From assembly GCA_947478005.1 (NCBI GenBank), contig CANJVG010000002.1:5463-69462 (forward strand): a stretch of 64,000 nt of DNA, read 5' to 3'. The notes beneath the pieces were generated by a model. That model did no database searches. It had not been told where the DNA came from and worked only from the letters and a program-made list of their open reading frames with translations. This document shows positions 19,160 to 31,100 of this stretch, piece after piece. The DNA is from Bacteroidota bacterium (GTDB lineage Bacteria > Bacteroidota > Bacteroidia > Chitinophagales > LD1). The position numbers were made by a program, and so were the translations under genes. Positions within the stretch are counted from its first letter, which is position 1, and every line of letters begins with the position of its first letter.

Positions 19160-22100
19160 ATGAAAAAAACAAGCATCAGTGCTTTTATAAGCCATCTGCT
19201 TTTATCGATTATCCTCACTGCGGCCTTTTCGGCCAAGGCACAATTGCATGTGCCGCCCTTTGTATCTTTTCCCCCGGGAACAGGCTGCGGCATTATTAAC
19301 CCTACGGTTTCGGTGGTGAGCGTGAGCCCCGCCTGCTACCGCAGTTCCGACACTATTGAGTTAAAATCCGACATTCTGGTAGATTCTATTTATGTAAAGT
19401 TTGGCGATGGCAAAGACACCATGCTCGTGAATCCGCCATTGCTTGTTTTCAATGTGGTGCATGCCTATGTTTTTTCGCCTTCCGACAGTTGCCCTACTCC
19501 TTTTCTTCAAGGTCAGCCGGCAATCGTGTGCCCTATCGAGGCCCACTTTTTTAAGAAGTGTCCCGGCAGTTATAGTTACACGCCATCGAGCACCGCTATT
19601 TCTTTTCGGTTTAAACCACGCGTTCGGTTTCTGCCTATTTACACAACCAATTATATCCAGGGACAAAAGATTCTTATCCTGTGCAATACAGTTTGTGCAA
19701 GTCTGGATTTGAGCAACTGCTGCACCAATACCTATTGGAACACTGACTCAACCGATTATACCTGGAGCTTTGGCGATGGCACCCCCGACACCACTATTTC
19801 GAACACCCCCGATGCTGTTTTTTTTGACCCTATTCATTGTTATGCCCATCCTTCATCCGGCCCTGCCTACTATACCCTGAAGCTACATGCCGAAAATACC
19901 TGCGGCATAAGCGAGGATTGGGCAAAAGTATACATAGAAGAACTGGACACATTTCAACTTCCTGCAGGACCCTACTGCACGGGCACTGCAGTCCAATTGC
20001 ACCTTACTGCTGCGGGCGGAAACGGACACGTTACGCTAAACACTACCGTTTCGCCCGGTGGTTCCGCTACTATTGTGGGTGACACCACAGCCTCTCCTTC
20101 CATTACATTTACTGCCCCCGGAAACTATACCATCACCACCATCTATGACCAATGTCCTCAAACCAAAACCATCAATATTGACGAGGGAGTAAATATTGTG
20201 CAGGGTTTTGTGCCCGATGGTTGCTTCACCGGCAACAACCAAATTATTCTCTCCGATTATTTCTCGAGTTCGGCCACCACACAAACCAATCATTTTGCAC
20301 TAAGAGACAGTGCGGGCATTCTTTTTTCAAACACTTCCGGCACCATACCGAGCAACATCATAGCCCTGCCCCATGCAGGCACCTATTATATTGCCGACAC
20401 GTCTATTACCATTTGCAACACCCTCGTTTATCGCGACACCTTTGTGCTGAACACACCTATTGTAGTGACCCTTCGACCCGACACCACGCAATGTGTGCAG
20501 ACCAATTGTATTCTGCCCTCGTTTGGCGGCATTGTTCCAACGTTGAACGGAGTGCCTGTAACGAGTGATACATTCCCGGTTACCACGGTCGGAGTGTTTC
20601 CCTTTGTTTACACACCTTCGTGTGGCAACAGTGTTACCTTCACCCTTACGGCTCAAGGCACACCGGCTTATTGTATCGATCAAAATTTTTGCGCCTATCC
20701 CGGCTTAGTAAATCTTACAGGTGATACTCCGGGAATGATTTTTTCGGTAAACGGAATTGTATCTTCTGCCATCAACGGAGATACTGCTACCAATTTCGAC
20801 AATCCATTTACAAGTGTTTATACTGACGGGCTCAACTGCACCTTCCGCGACACCGGGCATATTTATATCAGCACTTCCATTAACGCCACTGAAAACATCC
20901 CTGATACAATTTGTCAGAACTCTTCTTTTTCGGTTACGGGAACAAACGGAGCCTTGACGCCTACTATCAATTGGGGCGATGGCACCACGGATAATAATTT
21001 GTCGCACACCTATGCCGGCACGGGCATTTTCAATCTCTCCTTAAAGTTTTCGAACGGAGCATGCGACACTACAATTTTAGATACGGTTATGGTTATTCCT
21101 GCTCCCAATGCTACTTTCTCTTTTGGCGCGGATACCATTTGCAATGGAGAAACAGCTACTATTTTGTTTACACCCGATGTTCGCTACGCCTATCAATGGA
21201 CTTACCAAACGAATGTGACCGATACCATGCCGGTGATTGTTGCACAAAACATTGGCGGCACGGTGGTCTGCGAATCGCTTACCTTATCGGTGTCGTATCC
21301 CGGATGTGCCGCCATAAATGATTCCAAGCCTATTTGTTTTTTTCCGGGGGCCCAGGCGCTTATGGATTTGAACTATGATTCGGTATGCAGTCCATTGCCC
21401 ATCACCCTAATCAACAATTCAATATCTGCTGTGGGGGCCAGCTTCGAATGGTTTAGAAACGATACTTTGTTTTCAACCAGCAACACATTGGAACAATTTG
21501 ACACCCTCTACGCCTATGCCTCGGATGTAACTTATACTTTCAAATTGCGGGTTTTCTCCTGCGGTCGATACGATAGCATTGTCAAGCAGGTCATTGTACA
21601 TTCGGCTGATTTTTCACCGGCCATTTATACCGATGCGTTCCAAAAATGTGTGTATGAAGATTTTCATTTTTCTTCTTCTACCGTTCCCGGCTGCTCGGTC
21701 ACTTACGATTTTGGTGATGGCGGCATTACACAGGCTATGCCCAGCGATTCACCGGTTATCCATGCCTATCAGGCTCCCGGTGATTATACCGTTGGCTTAA
21801 CGATGTATTGTGCCTGCCAGGTAAGGTCCGACAATTTACTGGTTCATGTAAATCCGGGTCCGGTTATTTCTGCCTCGGCACCTTCTGTTGCCTGCACCGA
21901 TAGTGTTGTTACTATTCATACTCAAAACACGGGAATTATTCCGGCAAGTTCTTATCAAACCTATTTTGGTGATGGCACCTTTGATTCTTTGTCTTCTACC
22001 CCAAATCATGCCTATCACACTACCGGCACATTCAACGGATGGGTGATTGCGTTGGGCATAAACGGATGTTATTCAGACACCGCTAAATTTCATGCTACCG

Positions 22101-22906
22101 TTTATCAGACGCCCTCGGCAGACCTTACCGGTGCAGATACGTTTGCGTGTTCTTCTATTCTCACCTTGTTTTCGGTAGATACGGTTACACCGAATACCAC
22201 CTATCAATGGAATATAGTTTATGGTAACCATTCCACTTTTGTAACTACGTATGATGGCACTCTTCCGCTTTTTGCCAATGAGACAGGACTGCATTCGATA
22301 ATCCTTTCTGCTTACAACAACAACGATAGTGCCTGCAAGGCGGTTGGTGATACTTTCCATATTACTGTTTATCCATCGCCTACCGCATTCTTCACCGTTG
22401 ACCAGCCTTTTGTAAACAGTCCCGAATATGTTTTCCCGATACAAAATAAGAGTACACCTACCGGCAATACTTACTTCTGGGATTTTGGGGATAGTAAATA
22501 CAGCAATGAAATTAATCCGGGCTCACACGGCTATACTAAAACGGGTACGTATATAATTACCCTCACTGCCAGAAACGGACCTTGCGAAGACACCACCAAT
22601 CGCGAAGTGCATGTTGACCCGTTTCTTCAGGTATTCGTTCCCAATATTTTTACGCCTAACAACGATGGGAATAATGACTTCTTCCAAATGTTTGGCAACA
22701 TACAGGATATAGATTTTATGCACGTAATGATTTTCGACCGCGTTGGCGAAAAGGTATTTGACAGCTACGACCTGAACTTTAAATGGGATGGAATCTACAA
22801 AGGGAAACCGCTACAACCGGCAGTGTTTGTTTACATCATTGAAATATCGCCCATTGCTGATGAGGATATGAGGCGAATGAAAGGAAGTATTACGCTTCTC
22901 CGGTAA
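19160..22906 (+). CDS. PKD-repeat protein with gliding-motility-associated (T9SS type B) C-terminal domain
   Basis: Signal peptide, repeated W/DFGDG...H.Y PKD motifs, and VPNIFTPNNDGNNDFF...IFDRVGE...WDG...GSITLLR. Confidence 0.9.
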   Translation: MKKTSISAFISHLLLSIILTAAFSAKAQLHVPPFVSFPPGTGCGIINPTVSVVSVSPACYRSSDTIELKSDILVDSIYVKFGDGKDTMLVNPPLLVFNVVHAYVFSPSDSCPTPFLQGQPAIVCPIEAHFFKKCPGSYSYTPSSTAISFRFKPRVRFLPIYTTNYIQGQKILILCNTVCASLDLSNCCTNTYWNTDSTDYTWSFGDGTPDTTISNTPDAVFFDPIHCYAHPSSGPAYYTLKLHAENTCGISEDWAKVYIEELDTFQLPAGPYCTGTAVQLHLTAAGGNGHVTLNTTVSPGGSATIVGDTTASPSITFTAPGNYTITTIYDQCPQTKTINIDEGVNIVQGFVPDGCFTGNNQIILSDYFSSSATTQTNHFALRDSAGILFSNTSGTIPSNIIALPHAGTYYIADTSITICNTLVYRDTFVLNTPIVVTLRPDTTQCVQTNCILPSFGGIVPTLNGVPVTSDTFPVTTVGVFPFVYTPSCGNSVTFTLTAQGTPAYCIDQNFCAYPGLVNLTGDTPGMIFSVNGIVSSAINGDTATNFDNPFTSVYTDGLNCTFRDTGHIYISTSINATENIPDTICQNSSFSVTGTNGALTPTINWGDGTTDNNLSHTYAGTGIFNLSLKFSNGACDTTILDTVMVIPAPNATFSFGADTICNGETATILFTPDVRYAYQWTYQTNVTDTMPVIVAQNIGGTVVCESLTLSVSYPGCAAINDSKPICFFPGAQALMDLNYDSVCSPLPITLINNSISAVGASFEWFRNDTLFSTSNTLEQFDTLYAYASDVTYTFKLRVFSCGRYDSIVKQVIVHSADFSPAIYTDAFQKCVYEDFHFSSSTVPGCSVTYDFGDGGITQAMPSDSPVIHAYQAPGDYTVGLTMYCACQVRSDNLLVHVNPGPVISASAPSVACTDSVVTIHTQNTGIIPASSYQTYFGDGTFDSLSSTPNHAYHTTGTFNGWVIALGINGCYSDTAKFHATVYQTPSADLTGADTFACSSILTLFSVDTVTPNTTYQWNIVYGNHSTFVTTYDGTLPLFANETGLHSIILSAYNNNDSACKAVGDTFHITVYPSPTAFFTVDQPFVNSPEYVFPIQNKSTPTGNTYFWDFGDSKYSNEINPGSHGYTKTGTYIITLTARNGPCEDTTNREVHVDPFLQVFVPNIFTPNNDGNNDFFQMFGNIQDIDFMHVMIFDRVGEKVFDSYDLNFKWDGIYKGKPLQPAVFVYIIEISPIADEDMRRMKGSITLLR

Positions 22907-22926
22907 AACAGAACAAAGAAAGAAGC

Positions 22927-24447
22927 TTAGTGCTTAAAATGTCTAACTCCGGTTGTTACCATAGCCTGCCCGTTTTTGTTGGCGGCATCTATCGAGTCCT
23001 GGTCTTTAATACTACCTCCGGGCTGAGCAATGGCAGTAATGCCGGCCTCGGCAGAAATACCTACACAATCTGGAAATGGAAAAAAAGCATCACTGGCCAT
23101 CACAGCACCGTTCAAATCAAAACCGAACTCGCCAGCTTTGCGGATAGCGTTTTGCAAAGCATCCACTCGTGAAGTTTGTCCGCAGTTGCTGCCAACCAGC
23201 TGTTTGTTTTTAACCAAAGCAATGCCGTTGCTCTTTAAATGCTTAACGGCAATAACCGCAAACTCTAAATCGGAAATTTCTTTTTCTGTTGGCGTCTTGG
23301 TGGTAACCAATTTGAATTCGTTTTTGCCCTCTGCTTTAGTATCAGCATCCTGTTCCAAAACTCCATTGAGTAAGTTCTTGAAAATTTTTGCGGTAGAAAT
23401 CCTTGCCTTTTGCTTTAGCAGGATGCGGTTCTTTTTTGATTTCAAAACAGCCAAAGCATCATCATCGTAACCCGGTGCAGTGAGTACTTCGAAGAAAAGT
23501 GAATTCATTTCATTAGCCGTTGCCAAATCAATTGGGCGGTTAACAGCAATTACTCCACCGAAGGCTGACGTGGTGTCGCAGGCAAAAGCCGCTTTATAAG
23601 CTTCGCAAACATTCTCGCGACTGGCCAATCCACAACTATTAGTATGCTTAATGATAGCCACCGTTGGTTCTGTAAATTCTGACACCAGATTGATGGATGC
23701 ATCTACATCTACCAGGTTGTTATAGGAAAGTTCTTTGCCATTGAGGATTTCAAACAACTCATCCAAATTGCCATAAAAAACACCGCGCTGATGTGGGTTT
23801 TCGCCATAGCGCAGAACCTTTGCGTTGAGTTCACTCTTTTTGAAAACCTCAAATTTGAATTCGTTATTGAAGTAATTGAAGATAAGAGTATCATAGTGCG
23901 AGGAAGTCATAAACGCTTTAGCCGCAAACTTCTTTCTATCCTCTAAATCGGTTTCGCCATTCTTGGCTTGCAGTATTTCCAGCAGCGATTCATAATCGTT
24001 GCGCGAGGAAACAATAACGGTGTCGTTAAAGTTCTTTGCAGCCGCGCGAATCAAACTAATGCCGCCAATGTCAATTTTTTCAATTACATCATCTTCGCCT
24101 TTCCCGGCCTTCACTGTTTCTTCAAAGGGGTAGAGGTCAACAATTACCAAATCAATTTCTGGTATTTCATACTGTGCCATTTCTTTTTGGTCTGTGGCAT
24201 TATCTCTTCTTCCAAGAATTCCTCCAAATACTTTTGGGTGAAGTGTTTTTACTCGTCCGCCAAGTATAGAAGGATACGAAGTAAGGTCTTCTACTGCCGT
24301 AACCTTTATGCCTAAGCCTTCGATAAAACTTTGCGTGCCTCCGGTGCTGTATATTTTTACACCGAGTTTGTCGAGTTCTTTTACGAGTAAATCCAGCTTG
24401 TCTTTGTAATAAACCGAAATTAGGGCTGACTTAATTTTTTTGCGCAT
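22927..24447 (-). CDS. purH: bifunctional AICAR formyltransferase / IMP cyclohydrolase
   Basis: Motifs ALISV, STGGT, GRVKTLHP, IDIGG, RYGENPHQ, ASDAFFPF and GVRHFKH. Confidence 0.97.
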   Translation of the reverse strand: MRKKIKSALISVYYKDKLDLLVKELDKLGVKIYSTGGTQSFIEGLGIKVTAVEDLTSYPSILGGRVKTLHPKVFGGILGRRDNATDQKEMAQYEIPEIDLVIVDLYPFEETVKAGKGEDDVIEKIDIGGISLIRAAAKNFNDTVIVSSRNDYESLLEILQAKNGETDLEDRKKFAAKAFMTSSHYDTLIFNYFNNEFKFEVFKKSELNAKVLRYGENPHQRGVFYGNLDELFEILNGKELSYNNLVDVDASINLVSEFTEPTVAIIKHTNSCGLASRENVCEAYKAAFACDTTSAFGGVIAVNRPIDLATANEMNSLFFEVLTAPGYDDDALAVLKSKKNRILLKQKARISTAKIFKNLLNGVLEQDADTKAEGKNEFKLVTTKTPTEKEISDLEFAVIAVKHLKSNGIALVKNKQLVGSNCGQTSRVDALQNAIRKAGEFGFDLNGAVMASDAFFPFPDCVGISAEAGITAIAQPGGSIKDQDSIDAANKNGQAMVTTGVRHFKH

Positions 24448-24531
24448 GATGTGTGTTTGGAATTGCGCGCAAAAGTAAAATTTGGAGAAAGTGAAACTTG
24501 GGGAGTTATACCAAAGTTTTCAACGAAGAGA

Positions 24532-25095
24532 TCAGCGAAGTAAGTCTTCAATAGCCTTTACATACCATTCATGCTCTAATTGCTGAACTTTAGCTGAAAG
24601 CAATTCCGCAGTATCATTTGGGTCGACTACGACTTTCTTTTGCAAAAGAATTTCCCCGTCATCATAAACTTCATTCACGTAATGAATGGTGATTCCTGTT
24701 TCCGTATCTTTATTGGCAAGCACGGCCTGATGTACTTTGAGTCCATACATTCCTTTGCCTCCATGTTTTGGTAAAAGAGCAGGGTGTATGTTGATGATCT
24801 TCTTTGGAAAATTTTGCAACAGAAAAGCGGGAATTAGTTGTAGAAATCCGGCCAGAACAATCATATCAATTTTCTGTGCGTTCAAAACCTTCATCATTAC
24901 CTCCTCCTTATTCAAAGAATTCTTGTTGACAATAGCAGAAATGATTTTGTGTTCATGTGCTATCTTCAGAACCCCGGCAGACGGATTATTTGTAAGCACC
25001 AAAGCCACCCGTATTTCGGGATGGTTGGCAAAATGTTCAATTATAGCCTTGGCATTTGTTCCATTGCCGCTGGCAAAAATGGCGATGTGTTTCAT
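24532..25095 (-). CDS. purN: phosphoribosylglycinamide formyltransferase
   Basis: Motifs FASGNGTN, VLAGF, INIHPALLP and TGITIHYV. Confidence 0.96.
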   Translation of the reverse strand: MKHIAIFASGNGTNAKAIIEHFANHPEIRVALVLTNNPSAGVLKIAHEHKIISAIVNKNSLNKEEVMMKVLNAQKIDMIVLAGFLQLIPAFLLQNFPKKIINIHPALLPKHGGKGMYGLKVHQAVLANKDTETGITIHYVNEVYDDGEILLQKKVVVDPNDTAELLSAKVQQLEHEWYVKAIEDLLR

Positions 25096-25116
25096 CGTTT
25101 GAATCAGTAGCTGAAT

Positions 25117-28100
25117 TTATTTTTGCAGAATGAATTTTCGAACCGTCTTTTCTTCATTATACGTAACCCGAATAAAATACTCGGCAGCCAGCATAAGTCC
25201 TGTTGGAATTTCAAAATCGCTTCGACCTACAGGAAAATCAAGTTCTGTTTCGGGCATGACATAGTGCCCAAGTGCATCAACAATAGCAATGGATACTTTT
25301 CCGGCTTTAGGCAAAACGATTCCAAGTGTAGATTGGTTGAACGCAGGATTCGGAGATGGTCCAACCAATTGCATTGTTCCAGTAAGTGATTCACATTGAC
25401 GATTATTATCTGTCCTCAATTCGGTTTCTCCATGATTCACTTCCACAACCTCCACACACACATATGAATTTGCATTAGAAGCTGCCACCACAAAGCGGGC
25501 GTGAAAAGTATCTTCCATAATCTGTCCCGATTGCAGCAATCCTGTCCAGTCCTCGGCTATCACCCCCCCGGTTCCTAAGGTAGCATAGGCGAGAATATGA
25601 GTAATAGTCCTTGTTCCTACGTTGCTCATTAATGCCTTAACATTTATCAGAACCGAACCATCGTTCTGTACTTGAGAAACAGATTCAACGGCATCTACTG
25701 AAAGATCTAAATCAGTATGTGAAACGTAGAAGGTTTGAGAACTTGTATTTGAGCATCCAAAATCAGAAGTGGCCGTGAGGACAATATGAAAAGTATCGTT
25801 CTGCGAATAAGTATGTGTTGTGTTTTCAGCAGATGAAACGGCACTTCCATCTCCGAAATTCCAGATATACGAAGTCGCGTTAGTGCTATGGTTGTTGAAT
25901 GTAACATTAACCGGTGCTTCGCCATACAAAGGAGCCATGGCAAATAGAGAAACAGGATTTGGATGCACCTGAACTATCTTTGAAACGGAGTCTCTGCAAC
26001 CGCTATTTGTAGTTACTAATAGCTTCACTGTATAATTTCCGGTATCGGCAAAGTAAGATTGCGGATAATGATTGTTATTAAACAATGTGCCTCCTATATT
26101 CCAATCCCAACGGTGGATGGGTTCGCTTGGAGAACTGCTGCTGTCTTTTGGCGTATAGCTTAAATCTATACAATGCGAAAGATTTGTGAAGTCAGCAATT
26201 GGCTGTTCCACAACCAACAGGTTTTTACTTATCGTATCAACGCAACCAATTGCATTTTCTACCGCAAGGCTTACATTGTATGCTCCAGGAACTAAATATC
26301 GGTGAATTGGGTTTTGTAAGGACGCAAAAAAGCTTCCATCACCATAATTCCATTGCCAGCGAACTATGGAAAGAGAAGGCGTAATGTCGACAAATTTTGT
26401 TGAGTCACCCAAACAAGTCTGGCTGAAATTAAAATTAGCATCTAGGGATGGAAATACTTCAATGAAACTTGTAATGGCATCGCTACAACCGTTGGTTGTA
26501 GTTACTCGGAATATCACAGGAATATTTCCCTGTGTTGGGAATGAGTAGGCCACACTTTTTGAGTTGAACGAATCTGTTTGATTAAACCACCACTTCCATT
26601 GTATAATTGTGTCCGTTGGCAATACAATGCTATTATCGAAAAACTGCGAAGAATTCCCTGCACAAATTATCCCAGGATAACTATACTTCGCCTCGGGCTT
26701 CGCAAAAACTTTAATAGGGGCGCTATATGATCCGGTGCATCCCGAATCAGTTTTTATGTAAAGAGTAGCTACAAAGTCACCGGTAATAGGGTAGGAATGT
26801 GAAGGATTTTTTAAAACAGAACCTTCGTTATCTCCAAAACTCCAATTCCAGAAACTAACAACATCTGGTTGAATCGTTACCGAGGAGTCTAGAAAGTGAA
26901 CCGAATCACCAAAGCATGCACGGCTTGCGGTAAAATAAGCCGTTGGCGCTATTCCTTTAATAGTAACAGCAACAGAGTCCCTCACGTTACAACTGTTAAT
27001 GTCAGTAACATCAACAGAAAATATTCCATTTGTACTAATAGTGATTTGGACTGTAGTATCACCAGTAGACCAAAGTTGGTTGCGCGGGTGGTAAATACCT
27101 GTCTCTATAGCCAAATTGTTACCAGAGCACATGCCGGTATCAACTGGTAAAAGGGAAATTAAAGGAAAACTGTCAATCGTTATTCGAACTGTATCGGAAA
27201 CAAGTATACATCCAGCACTATCTGCTATACTACAAAAATAATTTCCGAAAGAATCGGTAGGATAAAATGGATTTACCGAAATGCTATCATTCCACAAAAA
27301 GGTATAAAGAGAACCTTCAGGAAGGATTGGGACAATGTTTATAGAGCTACCAATACATACTGCAGTATCAGGAGTATTCATCCCGGCATAAGGCAGAGTA
27401 ATTTGAATGGTGTCACTGCTCACCCTATCAAATACATCTGTTGCTCTTACCCAGTACGTTCCGCCTTTTGACACACTAATACTATGCGTAGTATCTCCGG
27501 TTGACCAAAGGAATTCCTTAAACCTTATTCCTGCTTCAATAGGCACCGGACATAAACTATATGCTTGGTTTTTATCAGGTCCTAAGTCTACAGGTGGGGA
27601 ATACTTATTGTAAAGGTAATTTTCTACCTGCTGCCGTTCAGTATTATTCAAATTATTTTTGTAGAGGATTACTTCGGCAATTTCTCCATTGAAAAATGTG
27701 GAAAATGGGGCTTTACCCAGAACATAGTTAGTATCCGGAACCGCAGCACCAGCCGCAGCCGACAGAACACCATTTATTGGCACACTGTTTCTGTAAATAC
27801 TATCAAATGCACCAAGCTTCTTTTTTGCCGTTATGAGGGAATATTCAGAAGTTATAGTCGGACCATAAGCTGTTTGACTGTTATTTCTAAACTCATATCG
27901 TCCTGCAGAATGCCATAGGAATAAACCATTCGCTGCCCCAACTGAGAAAATAGAGCGATTGCCTGTGGTTACATTTGGCTTAACTATCACAAACAAACTT
28001 ACAGATGAACTTCCTATGCCAGGAATTAACGCCCCACCAAGCACATCGTCAACTCCTCCAAACCTCAAAGCAGGTTTAACCAATTCGATTGGATTCACAA

Positions 28101-31100
28101 GTCTGGGTTGCTTGGTGGTATCGGGTTGTGTGGCACTAAAGTTGTTTGGGGTTAAATCATTCCAAACACTTACTAAGCCTCCGTTTTGTGTAACTCCAAC
28201 ATCTGCCGCTAGCCATAAAGTAAGATTAGATAAATCTGTAGGTGTGAATAAGGTAAATATTCTAATGGATGATTCCGAATAGACTCCGCATATATTATAG
28301 GCTCTTACCTTCCAGTAAAAGGTCTGCCCTCCACTAACGGTAGTGGTGTGTTGAGTGGCGACTATATTGTCTATTGTGAGTGGAGAGCTAAAATTTGAGT
28401 TGGTAGAAATCAAAAGCGAGTAATCGCTTGCATTTTGTGTAGCAGCCCAACTGAAGGTAACCGTTGGAGATATAACCTGAAAATTATTTGCCGGACTTTG
28501 AAGATAAATAGCTTGAGGGTTGGGAGCATTCTGAACCACCAATAGAGTATCTATAATGGTATCGGAACAGCCGTTTGAAGCGGTAGCAATAAATAAGATT
28601 GGGTAAGTGTTGCTACTGATATATTGGTGTGGTGGGTTTTTAATCAAGGAATGTGCCGAATCATCACCAAAATTCCAGTCCCATTGATTAATGCTATCTC
28701 CTTGTGGCGCTGTACTTATGTCAATAAACTGGAAAGGGGCACTAGTACATCCTGTTCCGGCTTGGAATGCAGCTAAAGGAACGGGCTTTACTAAAACCGT
28801 GTGAATCGCATAGTTTAAACAACCCACATTTGTTGCTACACTGAGAGTAACCGTATAATTGCCAACATTTAAATAGGGATAGCTTGGGTATGCATCAGTT
28901 GCGATGCCTCCTTCTCCGAACTCCCAGGTATAGCCCGAGATATGAGATGTATCAGCGGAAACACTATTGTTTTGCGGGACATAGTTTTGACCCAAACAAA
29001 TGGTATCTCCTGTAAAAAATACGTTAGGAGTGCTTCCTATCTTTGTTATATAAATAGCGTCACTTCCTTTGCAGCCGATATTGTTTGTAACAGTAACTGA
29101 AATATTGCCCGAATCAGGAACTATCGCGTAAGCATTCGTCTCCCCCGTTGACCACTGAAACTGAAACCCTGCCCAGCCAATTGCAGGGGTCTTAATGCCA
29201 ATTAAATTACCAGCGCACATACTTGTGTCAGAACCCAAAGAAACGGTATTTTGGAATGTATCAATAACAACGGTAAGCGTATCGGAAAAAGAAGAGCAGC
29301 CGTTTCCAGAAACCTGTACGTAATAATTTCCGCTTGTATTAGCTTGAATGGAGGTTGAACTGTCTCCTGTATTCCAGTGGAAAGAGTAACCGTTGATTGA
29401 AGTTAATTGAGTTTGTATATGCACCGTATCTCCAAAGCAAATAGTTGTATCTGATACTGTTAAGTTGATATTTGGAAATTTCACAACCACTGTATCTCTA
29501 CTTATCCTACCAAAGATATCAGTCACCTCTACAAAATAAACACCGCTATGATTTACATTAACTGTGGGAGTGGTTTCATTCGTTGACCACGAATAAGTTT
29601 TATAGCAGTTAGTAGCATTTAGCTGCACTGGACAAAAGCCATAATTCACCGTAATATCAGGACCCAAATTTACAGGTGCGCTATACTTATTGAACAAGTA
29701 GTTCTCTACCTGTTGGCGGGAGGAAGTGCTTAGCGTCCCTTTGTACAAAATCACTTCCGCTATTTCTCCTTGTAAATATGAAAAAGCTGCTTGGAGCTTA
29801 CCCAAGCTATAATCACCGTTTACAAAAGGAGCAGTAAGGGCAGGCAGTGCACCCGTACTAGTCAAAAGACCATTTTTATAAAGCTTTGCATTGGTGTTTA
29901 AGGATTTCACCGCATCCAGTAAGTAATAGCTATTGGCAACTATTGGCGTAGTAATCTGGCTGGCGTTATTTCTAAATTCAAATGTTGGCCCACCATGCCA
30001 CATCCACATTCCTGTGGTGCTGGTTCCAATTGAAAAGAATGTTCTGTTTCCACTGGTGGTATAAGTTTTCCCTACCAAAAATAAACTCAAAGAGCCCGTA
30101 TCAATGTTTGGGATGGTTGTGCCATTCAATATATCGTCAATGCCATCAAATTTAAGGGCTGGTTTTCCGCACAGTTCAGCAGGATAAACTCTTTTCGGTT
30201 GATTGTTGATATTACTTTGGGTAGCGTGATAACCATTACCGCTTTGATCACTCCATTGACTCACTGTGTCGCCATGCTGTGTAATTCCAGCATCCGCTTC
30301 CAACCATAACGCAAGGTTTCCCAAATTGGAAGGATTAAACATCGTGAACAAACGTCTTACAGATTCAGAAGAATCATTGCAAATATTATAGGCTCTGACC
30401 TTCCAGTAATAAACCGGATTGCTTGGGACAAAAGCTGCGTATTGTGTAGCACTAATATTATTAGAAGCAATTGCGGTGGTAAATGAAGAATCTCCGGAAA
30501 CGAGAAGGGCGTATCGAACTGCATTTTGAGAAGGCGACCAAACGAAATTAATGTTCTGACTTCCTAACTGATAGTTGTCGGTCGGTTGTTGAAGTACAGG
30601 ACTGTCGGGCAAAGTATAGGTGGCAACTACCGGCAATATATTTTGAAGCGTGTCGGTACATCCGTTGGTAGCAGAAACAATTAAAGTAACCGGATGGTTG
30701 TTGGGGTACAGGTAAAAATGAGATGGGTTCTGTACAAATGAATGAATGGTAGTATCACCGAAATTCCAATCCCTGAAATTGATGCTGGTTCCAACAGGCG
30801 AAGTGCTTAAGTCGCTGAACTGATAGCTATTATTTATACAAGCCACTGTCGTTTGAAAAGAGGCCATAGGGTTGGGCTTTATCAAAACAGAACGGCTCGA
30901 AGTACTTGAGCATCCTGCATTTGTTGTAGCTGTTAGAGAAACCATGTATTTTCCTGTGTCAGGATATATATAGTTAGGATTAGGTGCTGTACTTTGGCTA
31001 CTATTTCCGAAATCCCAGTTATATGCAATTGGGGTGTCAATTGGAGCTGTTGTATTTGAAGGAAAATAAGTTTCGCCCAAGCATATTGTGTCTCCAACAA